Below, one piece after another: positions 27,208 to 36,069 of a stretch of DNA of 64,000 bases (its first letter is position 1; each line of letters opens with the position of its first letter). The DNA comes from a virus. The position numbers and the translations under genes were made by a program. The stretch is taken from the IMG/VR virus record IMGVR_UViG_3300030019_000576; one strand, written 5' to 3'. The notes under the pieces were generated by a model that made no database searches, had not been told where the DNA came from, and saw only the letters and a list, made by a program, of their open reading frames with translations.

Positions 27208-28191
27208 TTATTTTTTAAAACGGTTAATAAATGTTTCTGCAAATTTTATATTCCCTTTTTCTTCTTTTTTATGTTGAAGAATTTCTTCACAAATTTCTAA
27301 TCCTGCTTCAATATAAGATATATCTGAATTTTCATCAATCTTACTAATATTAGAATAGTCAGAAATTGGATAATACTGGTTATATTTTTCGACTCCAAAT
27401 CTTCCACTTATTTTATTATATTCATCTGATTTACAAAAATCTTCATATGACATACCGAATATTTTTATATCTTTTTCTAATTTTTCTGCATTATATTTAT
27501 CTAAAATTTCTTTAGTATATAAATGTGCAGCTTGAATAGTTTGTTCAACTTCGGATATAGACATAATATCTTTTATCACTTTATCAATATTTTCACTGAA
27601 TGTAGCATTTTTCCAATCACCATATTCTGCAACATCTTGGTCTGCACCACTTGCTTCTTTATATATACATCCATCTTTGAAACCATAACCAGTTCCTATT
27701 GTACATAATAAATAATCTGAAACATTTTTTTTAGTTTTGAACATATGCGAATATTTATAATCTTTAGACATAAATATTTCATACCAATCTACCATTGTTT
27801 TATTTACCTTTAGAATATTTTTCTGTAATTTAGATAGTTCTACACCACTAAATACCATTTTTGAAAATTCTTCCCAATTTTCTTTTTGTTCATTCATACT
27901 ACAATGCATACCCCATGCATCATAAATCAAATCTTCAATTTCACCTGATAGTGGTTTACACATTTCAATTTTATATTTTGGATTATCTTCGCATTGTCCA
28001 TTACCACGTTTTGAATCACGAAGAATACCATCATAACCCCAACAAATACGACCAGCATACCATAATGTATCATACATATACCCAAGTTTTGCTAACTGTG
28101 GTAAGTTTTCAGGTTGTGTTAAATACACTTGATTCTTTTTAATTATATTAAGAATCTTATCAATAACCAATTTTTCGAATTTAAATGTCAT
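27208..28191 (-). CDS. hypothetical protein (327 aa)
   Basis: Long ORF; no recognisable motif. Confidence 0.45.
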   Translation of the reverse strand: MTFKFEKLVIDKILNIIKKNQVYLTQPENLPQLAKLGYMYDTLWYAGRICWGYDGILRDSKRGNGQCEDNPKYKIEMCKPLSGEIEDLIYDAWGMHCSMNEQKENWEEFSKMVFSGVELSKLQKNILKVNKTMVDWYEIFMSKDYKYSHMFKTKKNVSDYLLCTIGTGYGFKDGCIYKEASGADQDVAEYGDWKNATFSENIDKVIKDIMSISEVEQTIQAAHLYTKEILDKYNAEKLEKDIKIFGMSYEDFCKSDEYNKISGRFGVEKYNQYYPISDYSNISKIDENSDISYIEAGLEICEEILQHKKEEKGNIKFAETFINRFKK

Positions 28192-28200
28192 ATTTTTATT

Positions 28201-28449
28201 TTAATTTAAAGGTTGTTCTTCTAATTCATTACCATCCCAATCAAATACTTTGTAAATTTCACCACCGAATTCATCATCAAGTTTAATTTTAATAACAACC
28301 CACCACCAAAGATAGTCACGGTTACTAAAATCTGAATTATCATTAATCCAATCAATTACTTTATCCATTGATGAACTAAGGAAACAATTTGAATCTTCTG
28401 TTTCGAAATTACCTTTCCGTCTTTCTATAATATAATAATCCATTTTCAT
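28201..28449 (-). CDS. hypothetical protein
   Basis: ATG ORF directly downstream of a terminator-promoter cassette. Confidence 0.4.
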   Translation of the reverse strand: MKMDYYIIERRKGNFETEDSNCFLSSSMDKVIDWINDNSDFSNRDYLWWWVVIKIKLDDEFGGEIYKVFDWDGNELEEQPLN

Positions 28450-28462
28450 ATTTTATTGATTG

Positions 28463-28484
28463 AAGTACAAAGATACAATAAAAA
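28463..28484 (-). promoter_or_regulatory. conserved phage promoter motif
   Basis: gaagtacaaagatacaataaaa abuts a terminator hairpin. Confidence 0.45.
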
Positions 28485-28517
28485 ATCCGATAAACAAAAT
28501 TTTTATCGGATTTTTTT
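28481..28517 (-). terminator. rho-independent terminator (AATAAACAAAAT-loop class)
   Basis: AAAAATCCGATAAA-caaaattt-TTATCGGATTTTTTT, immediately after the stop of 28521..28871. Confidence 0.65.
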
Positions 28518-28520
28518 AAA

Positions 28521-28871
28521 TTATTTATAAGCATCTTTCATATCTTGAACAATTTTTTGCTGTTCTTTGTATATTTCTATCTTTTTTAATAAATCATCAT
28601 AGTCAATATCTACATCTTTAACATCTGAATATTTTTCTTTATCATGTTCCATACTATATATATGTTGATGTAAAAATTGATTAGAAGAACACCAAGTGTG
28701 TGTATCTTCAAAAAACTTTATAAATTTTTTAATTTCTTCTAAATTATTACTATCAATTAATTTCTTAATAAACGGTGAAAATAATTCGTGTCCTAAATCG
28801 TGTAACTTGCGCATTTCCCTTGAAATATTTTCATCATTCAAATATGCATTATAATTTTTTATCTTTGCCAT
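28521..28871 (-). CDS. hypothetical protein
   Basis: Co-oriented ORF. Confidence 0.4.
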   Translation of the reverse strand: MAKIKNYNAYLNDENISREMRKLHDLGHELFSPFIKKLIDSNNLEEIKKFIKFFEDTHTWCSSNQFLHQHIYSMEHDKEKYSDVKDVDIDYDDLLKKIEIYKEQQKIVQDMKDAYK

Positions 28872-28889
28872 TATTTTTTATCTTATATA

Positions 28890-29096
28890 TTATTTTTTCA
28901 TATTTGTATTACAAAAATCACATAATTCTTCCCACAATGTATTAATTTCTTCACCTAATGAAAATTGCAAACCTGGATCACAAGAGGGATCATCATATTT
29001 TTCCCAAGATTCTTGCATATCATCTAATTCTTCTTTCTTATCTTCGAAATCAGATATTAAGTTCTTTAATTCTTTTAGCGTTTCTTCGTAACTCAT
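28890..29096 (-). CDS. hypothetical acidic protein
   Basis: Co-oriented ORF. Confidence 0.35.
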   Translation of the reverse strand: MSYEETLKELKNLISDFEDKKEELDDMQESWEKYDDPSCDPGLQFSLGEEINTLWEELCDFCNTNMKK

Positions 29097-29319
29097 ATTC
29101 TTTTTTATCTTTAAGTTCTTTTAATTTATATTCTAACCTATCTAATTCACTTTTAACAGCTCTATCCCTTTCGTCATTACAAGATGTTTGATGACAATCA
29201 CCATAAAAATCATCATCTAAATCATCACCACCTTCATATTTGAAATATTTACTATGAATATGAATAATCTTATTCAGTGATTCATTTTTTAGTTGTTGTC
29301 GTATTTCTGCGTATGTCAT
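29050..29319 (-). CDS. hypothetical protein
   Basis: Co-oriented ORF. Confidence 0.35.
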   Translation of the reverse strand: MTYAEIRQQLKNESLNKIIHIHSKYFKYEGGDDLDDDFYGDCHQTSCNDERDRAVKSELDRLEYKLKELKDKKEYELRRNAKRIKELNI

Positions 29320-29329
29320 AATTTATATT

Positions 29330-29725
29330 TTAAAAGTTAGACTTAATATAATCAAATATTTTATTCATTTTACGTTCATGAATATATCTTGATTCTTCAA
29401 CTAAACAATCAATTCTATTTTCATAGGATTCCATATCATCAATAGATAATTGATTGATTTCATCAAGTTTTGAATATTTTTCATATTGATAAAGACTATC
29501 TTGAGTTATTATGTAAGATGAAAATATTTCTTCCATATCAGAAAACTGATAAGATTCAATATCTTCATAATCTAAAAACGTGTATGGTTTACCATCACAT
29601 ATTTCATTTTCTGAAAAATGTTTCATAAGATGACCATATGTTTTTGATTTGCGTTCAAGTTCAGCAAAGTCAAAAATACAGTCTTCGTGGAAATCGTTAT
29701 TTAAACTAATTAATACTTCTTTCAT
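29330..29725 (-). CDS. hypothetical protein (start moved to ATG 29725; track start 29758 is a TTG)
   Basis: The promoter motif at 29732-29755 lies in the TTG extension; MKEVLISLN follows the ATG. Confidence 0.4.
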   Translation of the reverse strand: MKEVLISLNNDFHEDCIFDFAELERKSKTYGHLMKHFSENEICDGKPYTFLDYEDIESYQFSDMEEIFSSYIITQDSLYQYEKYSKLDEINQLSIDDMESYENRIDCLVEESRYIHERKMNKIFDYIKSNF

Positions 29726-29731
29726 AATTGT

Positions 29732-29755
29732 GGTACAAAGATAATACAAAAATTC
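29732..29755 (-). promoter_or_regulatory. conserved phage promoter motif
   Basis: ggtacaaagataatacaaaaattcc. Confidence 0.45.
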
Positions 29756-29787
29756 CAATAAACAAAATATTTATTGGAATTTTAAAA
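29747..29787 (-). terminator. rho-independent terminator (AATAAACAAAAT-loop class)
   Basis: AAAAATTCCAATAAA-caaaatat-TTATTGGAATTTTAAAAT, after the stop of 29795..30049. Confidence 0.6.
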
Positions 29788-29794
29788 TATATTT

Positions 29795-30049
29795 TTATAT
29801 TAATCCGTAAAAATGGGATTTTTTAAAATTAATCATATTTACACGTATAGCATATTTAGTGTATTCATACTGTTTATTATCATCATAATCATAAATATAA
29901 ATTTTATCCCCAACAATTTTTTTTATTCTACACCTTGATTCAGTCCAAATTAATTTCGTGTATAAACCTTCACTAACACCAGACCATTTATATCTTTTAC
30001 CTTCAACTAAAACAGTACCGTCATGTAATATAATTTCTTTCATAAACAT
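29795..30049 (-). CDS. hypothetical protein
   Basis: Co-oriented ORF. Confidence 0.4.
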   Translation of the reverse strand: MFMKEIILHDGTVLVEGKRYKWSGVSEGLYTKLIWTESRCRIKKIVGDKIYIYDYDDNKQYEYTKYAIRVNMINFKKSHFYGLI

Positions 30050-30621
30050 TTATTTATTATATTTTTAAGTTCTTCTAAATCAACAATATAACTATTATCA
30101 ATCGTGTAATCAGATTTACTTTTTTTTAATTCAACATCCATTTGTGAAGATAATCTATCTTTTATTTGTTCAGCAGTAAAACCATTTCTACTTTTTAAAC
30201 GCTGTTCTACTATATCTTTATCTGCATAAATACAAATGACAGCATCAAAATTATCTTGTTTATTATGTTCAAATATTAATGCACTTTCATTAAATATAAT
30301 ATCTTCATCTTCGTGTAAATAACAAAAATGTTCAAATGCTTTTTGGATATATTTCGTAAATATACCATTTACTATATTTAATTTATCTTTATCTTTAAAT
30401 ACCAAAGACATATACTTTCTATTATATGTACCATCAGGTAAATATGCATCAGTACCAAATTCAGTAATAAGTTCACTTTTTAAATCAACATTATTGTTTG
30501 CTGCATAAGTAGCATGGTAATCAGAATAAAATACTGAATATCCTAATCCTTCTATCATTATACAAACTGTCGTTTTTCCACTACAAATCCCACCTGTTAT
30601 CGCTATCTTCTTGTTTTTCAT
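30040..30621 (-). CDS. coaE: dephospho-CoA kinase
   Basis: IAITGGICSGKTTV (CoaE P-loop), DGTYNRKYMSLVF, and C-terminal VICIYADKDIVEQRLKSRNGFTAEQIKDRLSSQ, all colinear with E. coli CoaE. Confidence 0.75.
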   Translation of the reverse strand: MKNKKIAITGGICSGKTTVCIMIEGLGYSVFYSDYHATYAANNNVDLKSELITEFGTDAYLPDGTYNRKYMSLVFKDKDKLNIVNGIFTKYIQKAFEHFCYLHEDEDIIFNESALIFEHNKQDNFDAVICIYADKDIVEQRLKSRNGFTAEQIKDRLSSQMDVELKKSKSDYTIDNSYIVDLEELKNIINKCL

Positions 30622-30926
30622 ATATTTAAATTAAATAATTATGTTGTTTAAATCGTAATTAAAATTGTCTGCAATAAAATGACATTACTAATAGATGCAT
30701 CACTTTATACACATTATAATAAAGTGATAATCACTAAAAAGTAAGTTATTAAAATGAAAAAAACGTTAAGAAAAAATGCATTAAAACAACAAAAAAGAAT
30801 TAAAAAAACATCATCAACAATTTCTAATAAATATAAAATATTATCAACTATTATATGTTTTATAATAAACAATTCTGATATAATATTAGATAATATTTCA
30901 AATATTATATCTATGATAAATTGGTT

Positions 30927-31850
30927 TTAAATTAAATATTTATCACCTTTACCATATTTTTGTAGCATCTTAATAGATGAACTACTTACATGTTCAAATT
31001 CTGAATCAGATAAGATATTAATAACCTTAATATCAGGTTTTAAATCTTTTAGATAACGATATTGTGTTTTTTCAAATTCTAAATCACTTGCATTTCTTAA
31101 TCCACGAATAAGTGTTACATCATATCCTAACCCATCAATGAAATCAGTTAGCAATCCAGTATAAAGTCCTGCTTGTCTATTTTTTAGTGTATTAGTTAAT
31201 GGTAATAGTTCATCTGACTTAGAAGTATTAATTCCACGTGCGATTATTACTTTATCAAAAATAGCTTCTGCTTTCTTCAATATATCATAATGTCCTACAT
31301 GAAATGGGTTAAAAGAACCTGCATAAACACCAATATTATATTTACGGTATTTAATATAATCAAGATATTCTTGTTTAATATTACCAAAATGCTTTTCTAA
31401 GAATTTAATTCTATTTTCTGTATATGTTTTTACATCAACAAATTGGTATTCTTTAAAAATACCATCTTCATATTTCATAAATGAATTGAAATCACCATAT
31501 AATACTGATAAATCATATTTATTCAATAGTTTAGAAGTTGGATTTACATCAATGTGATTCTTGGTAGCTAAAATTGCTTCATAAACATCAGGATAATTAA
31601 AAAATGTTTTAAAAAGTTCTGCTGACTTTTCTTCATTATCATTATTCATTGGATCATATACTATATCATGGAATACAATAGCAAGAAGTAATTCATCTGA
31701 TAATTTGTTATCATCTATTGCTTTCCCTATTAAATCCAATACATGATTCCAAGTATGGTAAAAACGTTGTGGTTCAGAATATCTTTCTTTGTAAAAATCC
31801 ACTAATCCCATTTTTTCCGAAATCAATTCTTCTATTAGTTTTATATCCAT
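30927..31850 (-). CDS. coaD: HD-domain protein fused to phosphopantetheine adenylyltransferase
   Basis: N-terminal HTWNHVLDL...VFHDIVYDP is an HD motif. The C-terminal half carries GVYAGSFNPFHVGHYDIL (HxGH), LIRGLRNASDLEFE and HVSSSSIK, colinear with E. coli CoaD (TFDPITNGHIDIV, LIRGLRAVADFEYE, ISSSLVK). Confidence 0.7.
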   Translation of the reverse strand: MDIKLIEELISEKMGLVDFYKERYSEPQRFYHTWNHVLDLIGKAIDDNKLSDELLLAIVFHDIVYDPMNNDNEEKSAELFKTFFNYPDVYEAILATKNHIDVNPTSKLLNKYDLSVLYGDFNSFMKYEDGIFKEYQFVDVKTYTENRIKFLEKHFGNIKQEYLDYIKYRKYNIGVYAGSFNPFHVGHYDILKKAEAIFDKVIIARGINTSKSDELLPLTNTLKNRQAGLYTGLLTDFIDGLGYDVTLIRGLRNASDLEFEKTQYRYLKDLKPDIKVINILSDSEFEHVSSSSIKMLQKYGKGDKYLI

Positions 31851-31854
31851 AATA

Positions 31855-32337
31855 TTATTTTTTAAACTGTTTATGCATTTTTGCTGTAAAATCTACACTT
31901 TCTATTCGTCTCCATTTTAAATTTGTTTCATATTTCATTGAGTCATATATATGTGCTCTTTTCATAATTTTATATGGAAGTTCACATTTTTCTTTAACCC
32001 ATTCAAATAATTCAATATTTTCTTTTGGTATATAATATTTAACCCAACCTTCATGTCCACGTTGTACCATTATTCCTGTTGTTTCTTGAATAAAATCTAA
32101 TGCACAATCATAAGATTCATACATATAATTTTCCCTCCAATAATCATAATACAAATCAGTTACTTTTGCAACAAAGAACCATTTAAATTCAATATATGCT
32201 TTTACCCTTTCATCAAACTGTTTTGGAAAAGGTGTTGGTTTTATTTTATCTTGTTTTTCATGCTTTTTCATTAAATATTTACTTGCGTAATAATTAATGT
32301 TTATTATATTATAATCAGACGATTTCTTTTCTTTCAT
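31855..32337 (-). CDS. hypothetical protein
   Basis: Co-oriented ORF. Confidence 0.4.
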   Translation of the reverse strand: MKEKKSSDYNIININYYASKYLMKKHEKQDKIKPTPFPKQFDERVKAYIEFKWFFVAKVTDLYYDYWRENYMYESYDCALDFIQETTGIMVQRGHEGWVKYYIPKENIELFEWVKEKCELPYKIMKRAHIYDSMKYETNLKWRRIESVDFTAKMHKQFKK

Positions 32338-32404
32338 ATATTTAAGTTTTAAGGATATAAAGATAGTGATAATTTTTGATATAACAAAACATATTAGTTT
32401 TAAT

Positions 32405-32647
32405 TCATCTTTTACCTTCTTTAAATGATTCTTTTGTCTTGTTTGAAAATGTTATTAAGTCTTCCAATGTTAAATTAAATTTATTCATTGAAAAACATTC
32501 AATAGCACCTATTAAATCTGTTAGTTCACATATTTGTAGAACTTTATCACCCTGTTCAATTGCATCAGTTAGTTCATCAATTTCTTCTTGAATCTTTGAA
32601 AATTCACCGATTACACCTTTTTTAATTTCGTTTTTATGATAACCCAT
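32405..32647 (-). CDS. MazG/HisE-like all-alpha NTP pyrophosphohydrolase (tentative)
   Basis: 80 aa with IQEEIDELTDAIE...ELTDLIGAI, matching the paired EExxE/D helical motifs of small MazG-like enzymes. Confidence 0.35.
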   Translation of the reverse strand: MGYHKNEIKKGVIGEFSKIQEEIDELTDAIEQGDKVLQICELTDLIGAIECFSMNKFNLTLEDLITFSNKTKESFKEGKR

Positions 32648-33194
32648 TTTTATATTTTTTTATTAACGTTGATAATCGTGGTTCAGCACATCCTGTTCCG
32701 TAAATCCATTTTAAGAATTCACATTCTCTTATACCATAACTTCCTAATTCGTTACCGTCAATAGTAATATCAAAACCTATTTCAGTTTGTACAACATCTA
32801 AATTTTGTTTAAAATATTGTTGAAAAAATTCGTATGATATTTTTATAATTTTTTGTAATTCTTCTTCATTTACCACATCAGTTTTTATTAATTCATTTTT
32901 AATAAAATATTGCATGTGTAAATAATCTACTGACTCATTACGAAAGCATGGTGTCGAACCTTGATAAGTTCCATGAGGAAGAAATTCTTTCAAATATAAA
33001 TATAAAAAAGATTGTTCACCGCTTGCAACTAATCGTTTATTATTAACATTTAGTTGAAATGGTGTTTTATTCTTTGGTCTTGTTATATCATCAACATATG
33101 GTGAAACCGTCCAAGGTAATTCAATACGTTGAAATCCATTTTCAGTATAATATTTTACTGAATCATCTAATAATTTGAAATCTATCATAGTCAC
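32634..33194 (-). CDS. class II aminoacyl-tRNA synthetase-like / AsnA-like catalytic-core protein (truncated)
   Basis: TPCFRNESVD matches class II motif 2 (fRxE); 186 aa, with no anticodon-binding domain. Confidence 0.35.
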   Translation of the reverse strand: MTMIDFKLLDDSVKYYTENGFQRIELPWTVSPYVDDITRPKNKTPFQLNVNNKRLVASGEQSFLYLYLKEFLPHGTYQGSTPCFRNESVDYLHMQYFIKNELIKTDVVNEEELQKIIKISYEFFQQYFKQNLDVVQTEIGFDITIDGNELGSYGIRECEFLKWIYGTGCAEPRLSTLIKKYKNGLS

Positions 33195-33396
33195 ATATTT
33201 TTTTTATTAAGAACGTTCTATATGTTGGATTACTTTTACCCAAGTAATACCACATTCTTTGTCCATTGCTTAAACTTTTCCAATATACTGAACAAAATAC
33301 CCTTACTTTCTTTTTAAGTTTTCTTGGTATTTTATTATCAGAAAATGATATTACTTTAGGTAAAGTAAAATGTTTATCTAAATCTTCGTATTTCAT
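33163..33396 (-). CDS. hypothetical protein
   Basis: Small basic ORF. Confidence 0.3.
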   Translation of the reverse strand: MKYEDLDKHFTLPKVISFSDNKIPRKLKKKVRVFCSVYWKSLSNGQRMWYYLGKSNPTYRTFLIKKICDYDRFQIIR

Positions 33397-34274
33397 TAGT
33401 TAATATATTCATCCATTAAAAATATTCCGCAAGAGCTTCCGCAATCTTGTCCTGGTGGGATATAATATTCATATTCAATATTATATTTTTTGAAGTGTTC
33501 AGCAAAAATTTCAACTTGTTTAAAGTCAGAATGTTTAGCTGGTATATTTTCTTTTTCATTATAATATAAAAACTTCACATTAAATCCTTTGTCTTTAATT
33601 AAATCAGTTAAACGTATAGCATCTTCTTCTGTATCATTTATACCATCAATTAATGCATAGTGAATTTCAACCTTATTACCCGTTTTTATTTTATAAAAAT
33701 CTGCTGCTGCTATTGTAGATTTAATATCTAATGATGCTTTCATCCATTCATTTCTTAATTCATCAGTAGTATAGTGTAATGATATATGCAATTTAACATT
33801 TAAATTTAACATATCAATTAATCTTACCATGTTAAAAAAATGTTCGTAATTATATTTTGGTAATGCAGTTGCAAATGCAAATCTTGTATTTACTTTATAT
33901 TCATTATTAATATAATTCATACTGTCAACTACTGCTTTATAATTTGTTACAGCATCACCCATACCCATGTAGCTTATTAAAAGTGTTTTTGGTTCAACCT
34001 TTAGCTTTAAATCAAGGTAGATATAATCAATACCATCTGTTATTTCATCCCAAGTTAAATTTCTTGATACAATTTTACCAATTAAATCAGTTGCAAAACA
34101 AAATTTACATGCTAAATTACATAATGTATTACATGGTACACATATAATATCTTTACCATCATTTTTATTGATATATGAAAATTCAATTATTAAATTATCT
34201 TCTGTGTAGAAAACATATTTAATAGTACTGTCAATAGTTGATTTAACTATTTTCTTTAATCTAAGTTTACCCAT
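33396..34274 (-). CDS. radical SAM methyltransferase, RlmN/Cfr family
   Basis: CVPCNTLCNLACKFCFAT aligns with RlmN CVSSQVGCALECKFCST. MGMGDAVTN aligns with MGMGEPLLN, LHISLHYTTDELR with LAISLHAPNDEIR, and C-terminal GQDCGSSCG with DDIDAACGQ (the conserved C-terminal Cys). Confidence 0.7.
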   Translation of the reverse strand: MGKLRLKKIVKSTIDSTIKYVFYTEDNLIIEFSYINKNDGKDIICVPCNTLCNLACKFCFATDLIGKIVSRNLTWDEITDGIDYIYLDLKLKVEPKTLLISYMGMGDAVTNYKAVVDSMNYINNEYKVNTRFAFATALPKYNYEHFFNMVRLIDMLNLNVKLHISLHYTTDELRNEWMKASLDIKSTIAAADFYKIKTGNKVEIHYALIDGINDTEEDAIRLTDLIKDKGFNVKFLYYNEKENIPAKHSDFKQVEIFAEHFKKYNIEYEYYIPPGQDCGSSCGIFLMDEYIN

Positions 34275-34317
34275 AGTGTTTATTATATTCTATAACTTTT
34301 TAAGTGAAAAGTTTATT

Positions 34318-34686
34318 TTATTTTGTATATTTTACAAGATTATCCCAATCGCTACTATCTTTTTCTTCCATCCAAACATGTATTATTTTATCGTTAAAAA
34401 TATTATACTTTTTAACAGTTTCTTTTATGAAATCTGATATTTCATCGTTTGTCATTTTGCATTCATAATAAAGTTTTTCCCATAAATCTTCAATAACCCA
34501 CATAGTTAAAGTTGATTCATAATATTGAATCATTATATTATTATCAACACCAAAATATTTATTACTAAGTTGATTTTTAACTTTTATCTTACCTATACCA
34601 AAAGTATAATCAAGAAAAATCCGTTGTGCAAGGGTTAATCTTGATTCCTTTATTCGATGTATTTTATCTAAAATACTATTTGACAT
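34318..34686 (-). CDS. DKIxxIK-SRLS family protein
   Basis: MSNSILDKIHRIKESRLTLAQR. Confidence 0.45.
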   Translation of the reverse strand: MSNSILDKIHRIKESRLTLAQRIFLDYTFGIGKIKVKNQLSNKYFGVDNNIMIQYYESTLTMWVIEDLWEKLYYECKMTNDEISDFIKETVKKYNIFNDKIIHVWMEEKDSSDWDNLVKYTK

Positions 34687-35080
34687 AGTTGTGTTTCCTT
34701 TCTATACTATTAAGATGTCTTATAATATGTTTCCATGATTTGTTTTCCTTATGTCTTATAATGATATCCGAATCTTTTATATCGTAATTTTTATTAAAAA
34801 AATCATTTATAACTTTTTTTAATTCAGATGCATTCTTTATAGGAAGTATTAAATTACTTGCTGAATTACCCCAAAATAGTTCATTATCCAAATGTAGTAT
34901 AGTTTTAAGTACAGTCCTTTCTATTTCAAATAGTATACGACCATCCTTTATATAAAATAATGATGTAGGGTATTGTTTATGTCTAAATGGTGTAATATTA
35001 ATACATAAACCAATTAAATATCGTTCATTATCACTTAATCTACTATATTTTATAGTTCTTATTTTATCTAACATTTTCAT
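34676..35080 (-). CDS. DKIxxIK-SRLS family protein
   Basis: MKMLDKIRTIKYSRLSDNER. Confidence 0.45.
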   Translation of the reverse strand: MKMLDKIRTIKYSRLSDNERYLIGLCINITPFRHKQYPTSLFYIKDGRILFEIERTVLKTILHLDNELFWGNSASNLILPIKNASELKKVINDFFNKNYDIKDSDIIIRHKENKSWKHIIRHLNSIERKHNYVK

Positions 35081-35411
35081 ATTGTTTTAAATTATCCCAC
35101 CAATCTTGTTGACTATCTGAAATAACATCTATTTTATATCCTAAAATATTTAAATGAACATGAAACATTTTATAAATAAAATCTTCAATATCCCAATCAT
35201 TCTTAACACTTACAATCATACACCATAACGTCCTATTAACCCATACTGATTTACCTTTCGTGTTTTGTTCAAATACACAACCACGTGTGTTATACCACCG
35301 AATTATATTATCACTCACTTGATGGGGTTTAATACAATCAATAGCATCAATAAAAGTTCTTTCTTCTTTTGATAATCTACTATATTTAATTTTTTTTATT
35401 TTATCTTTCAT
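35064..35411 (-). CDS. DKIxxIK-SRLS family protein
   Basis: MKDKIKKIKYSRLSKEER. Confidence 0.45.
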   Translation of the reverse strand: MKDKIKKIKYSRLSKEERTFIDAIDCIKPHQVSDNIIRWYNTRGCVFEQNTKGKSVWVNRTLWCMIVSVKNDWDIEDFIYKMFHVHLNILGYKIDVISDSQQDWWDNLKQYENVR

Positions 35412-35722
35412 ATATCTTTCAATGAAAATTCAGTTATATGAATTTTTAAATATCGACTAATAGTTTTCCATATTAAAGATTCTGTTTCATATGAATTTAA
35501 TCTTAATTTTTGACTTAAATTATAAAAAAGTTCCGTACTAAATACAATTGAACCATAATCATTAAATAGAAACTTTGTAAAGTAAAAAAGTTTTTTACTA
35601 TTTTTTGTATAATAAAAAAAACCATTTTCTTCAACTATTTTAACATCATCAAAAATGATGCATTTCATCATTTCTTTTGGTGTAAGTCTACTGTATTTAA
35701 TTTGTCTTATTTTATCTTTCAT
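35408..35722 (-). CDS. DKIxxIK-SRLS family protein
   Basis: MKDKIRQIKYSRLTPKEM. Confidence 0.45.
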   Translation of the reverse strand: MKDKIRQIKYSRLTPKEMMKCIIFDDVKIVEENGFFYYTKNSKKLFYFTKFLFNDYGSIVFSTELFYNLSQKLRLNSYETESLIWKTISRYLKIHITEFSLKDI

Positions 35723-36069
35723 AAATATTCTATTGTGAAAAAGGTCATCCTAATTTTAAAATGCAAAGCAATAGTTTTCATAATTAATAATTCTGTTTCA
35801 TTTGTATCTAAATGTAATTTTTTACGTAATCTATAAAAAAGATTATGACTAAATACAATTTCACCATATTTTGGATCATCAGTAAATGCAAATTTTCTAA
35901 AGTAAAAAATATTTATATTATTTCGTTTATAATTTATACTATTTCGTTTATAATATATTCTTCCACCTTCTTTATTTGTTTCCACACCATCCACAATGAA
36001 ATATCTCATGATTTCTTTTGGTGTCATTCTACTATATTTGATTCTTTGTATTTTATCTTTTATGTTCAT
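35719..36069 (-). CDS. DKIxxIK-SRLS family protein
   Basis: MNIKDKIQRIKYSRMTPKEI. Confidence 0.45.
   Translation of the reverse strand: MNIKDKIQRIKYSRMTPKEIMRYFIVDGVETNKEGGRIYYKRNSINYKRNNINIFYFRKFAFTDDPKYGEIVFSHNLFYRLRKKLHLDTNETELLIMKTIALHFKIRMTFFTIEYL

Noticed and set aside
30927-31850. Initially read the HxGH nucleotidyltransferase half as NadD (NaMN adenylyltransferase), which would have extended the NAD theme.
   Set aside because: Full-length comparison fits PPAT/CoaD (LIRGLRxxxDFEYE, ISSSLVK blocks), and it sits next to a clear CoaE.
33396-34274. Considered annotating the radical SAM enzyme as QueE (7-carboxy-7-deazaguanine synthase), implying a deazaguanine DNA-modification pathway.
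   Set aside because: There are no QueC/QueD/FolE/DpdA-like neighbours, and the block-by-block alignment matches RlmN/Cfr (CALECKFC, MGMGEPLLN) far better than QueE (CxxxCxWCD).
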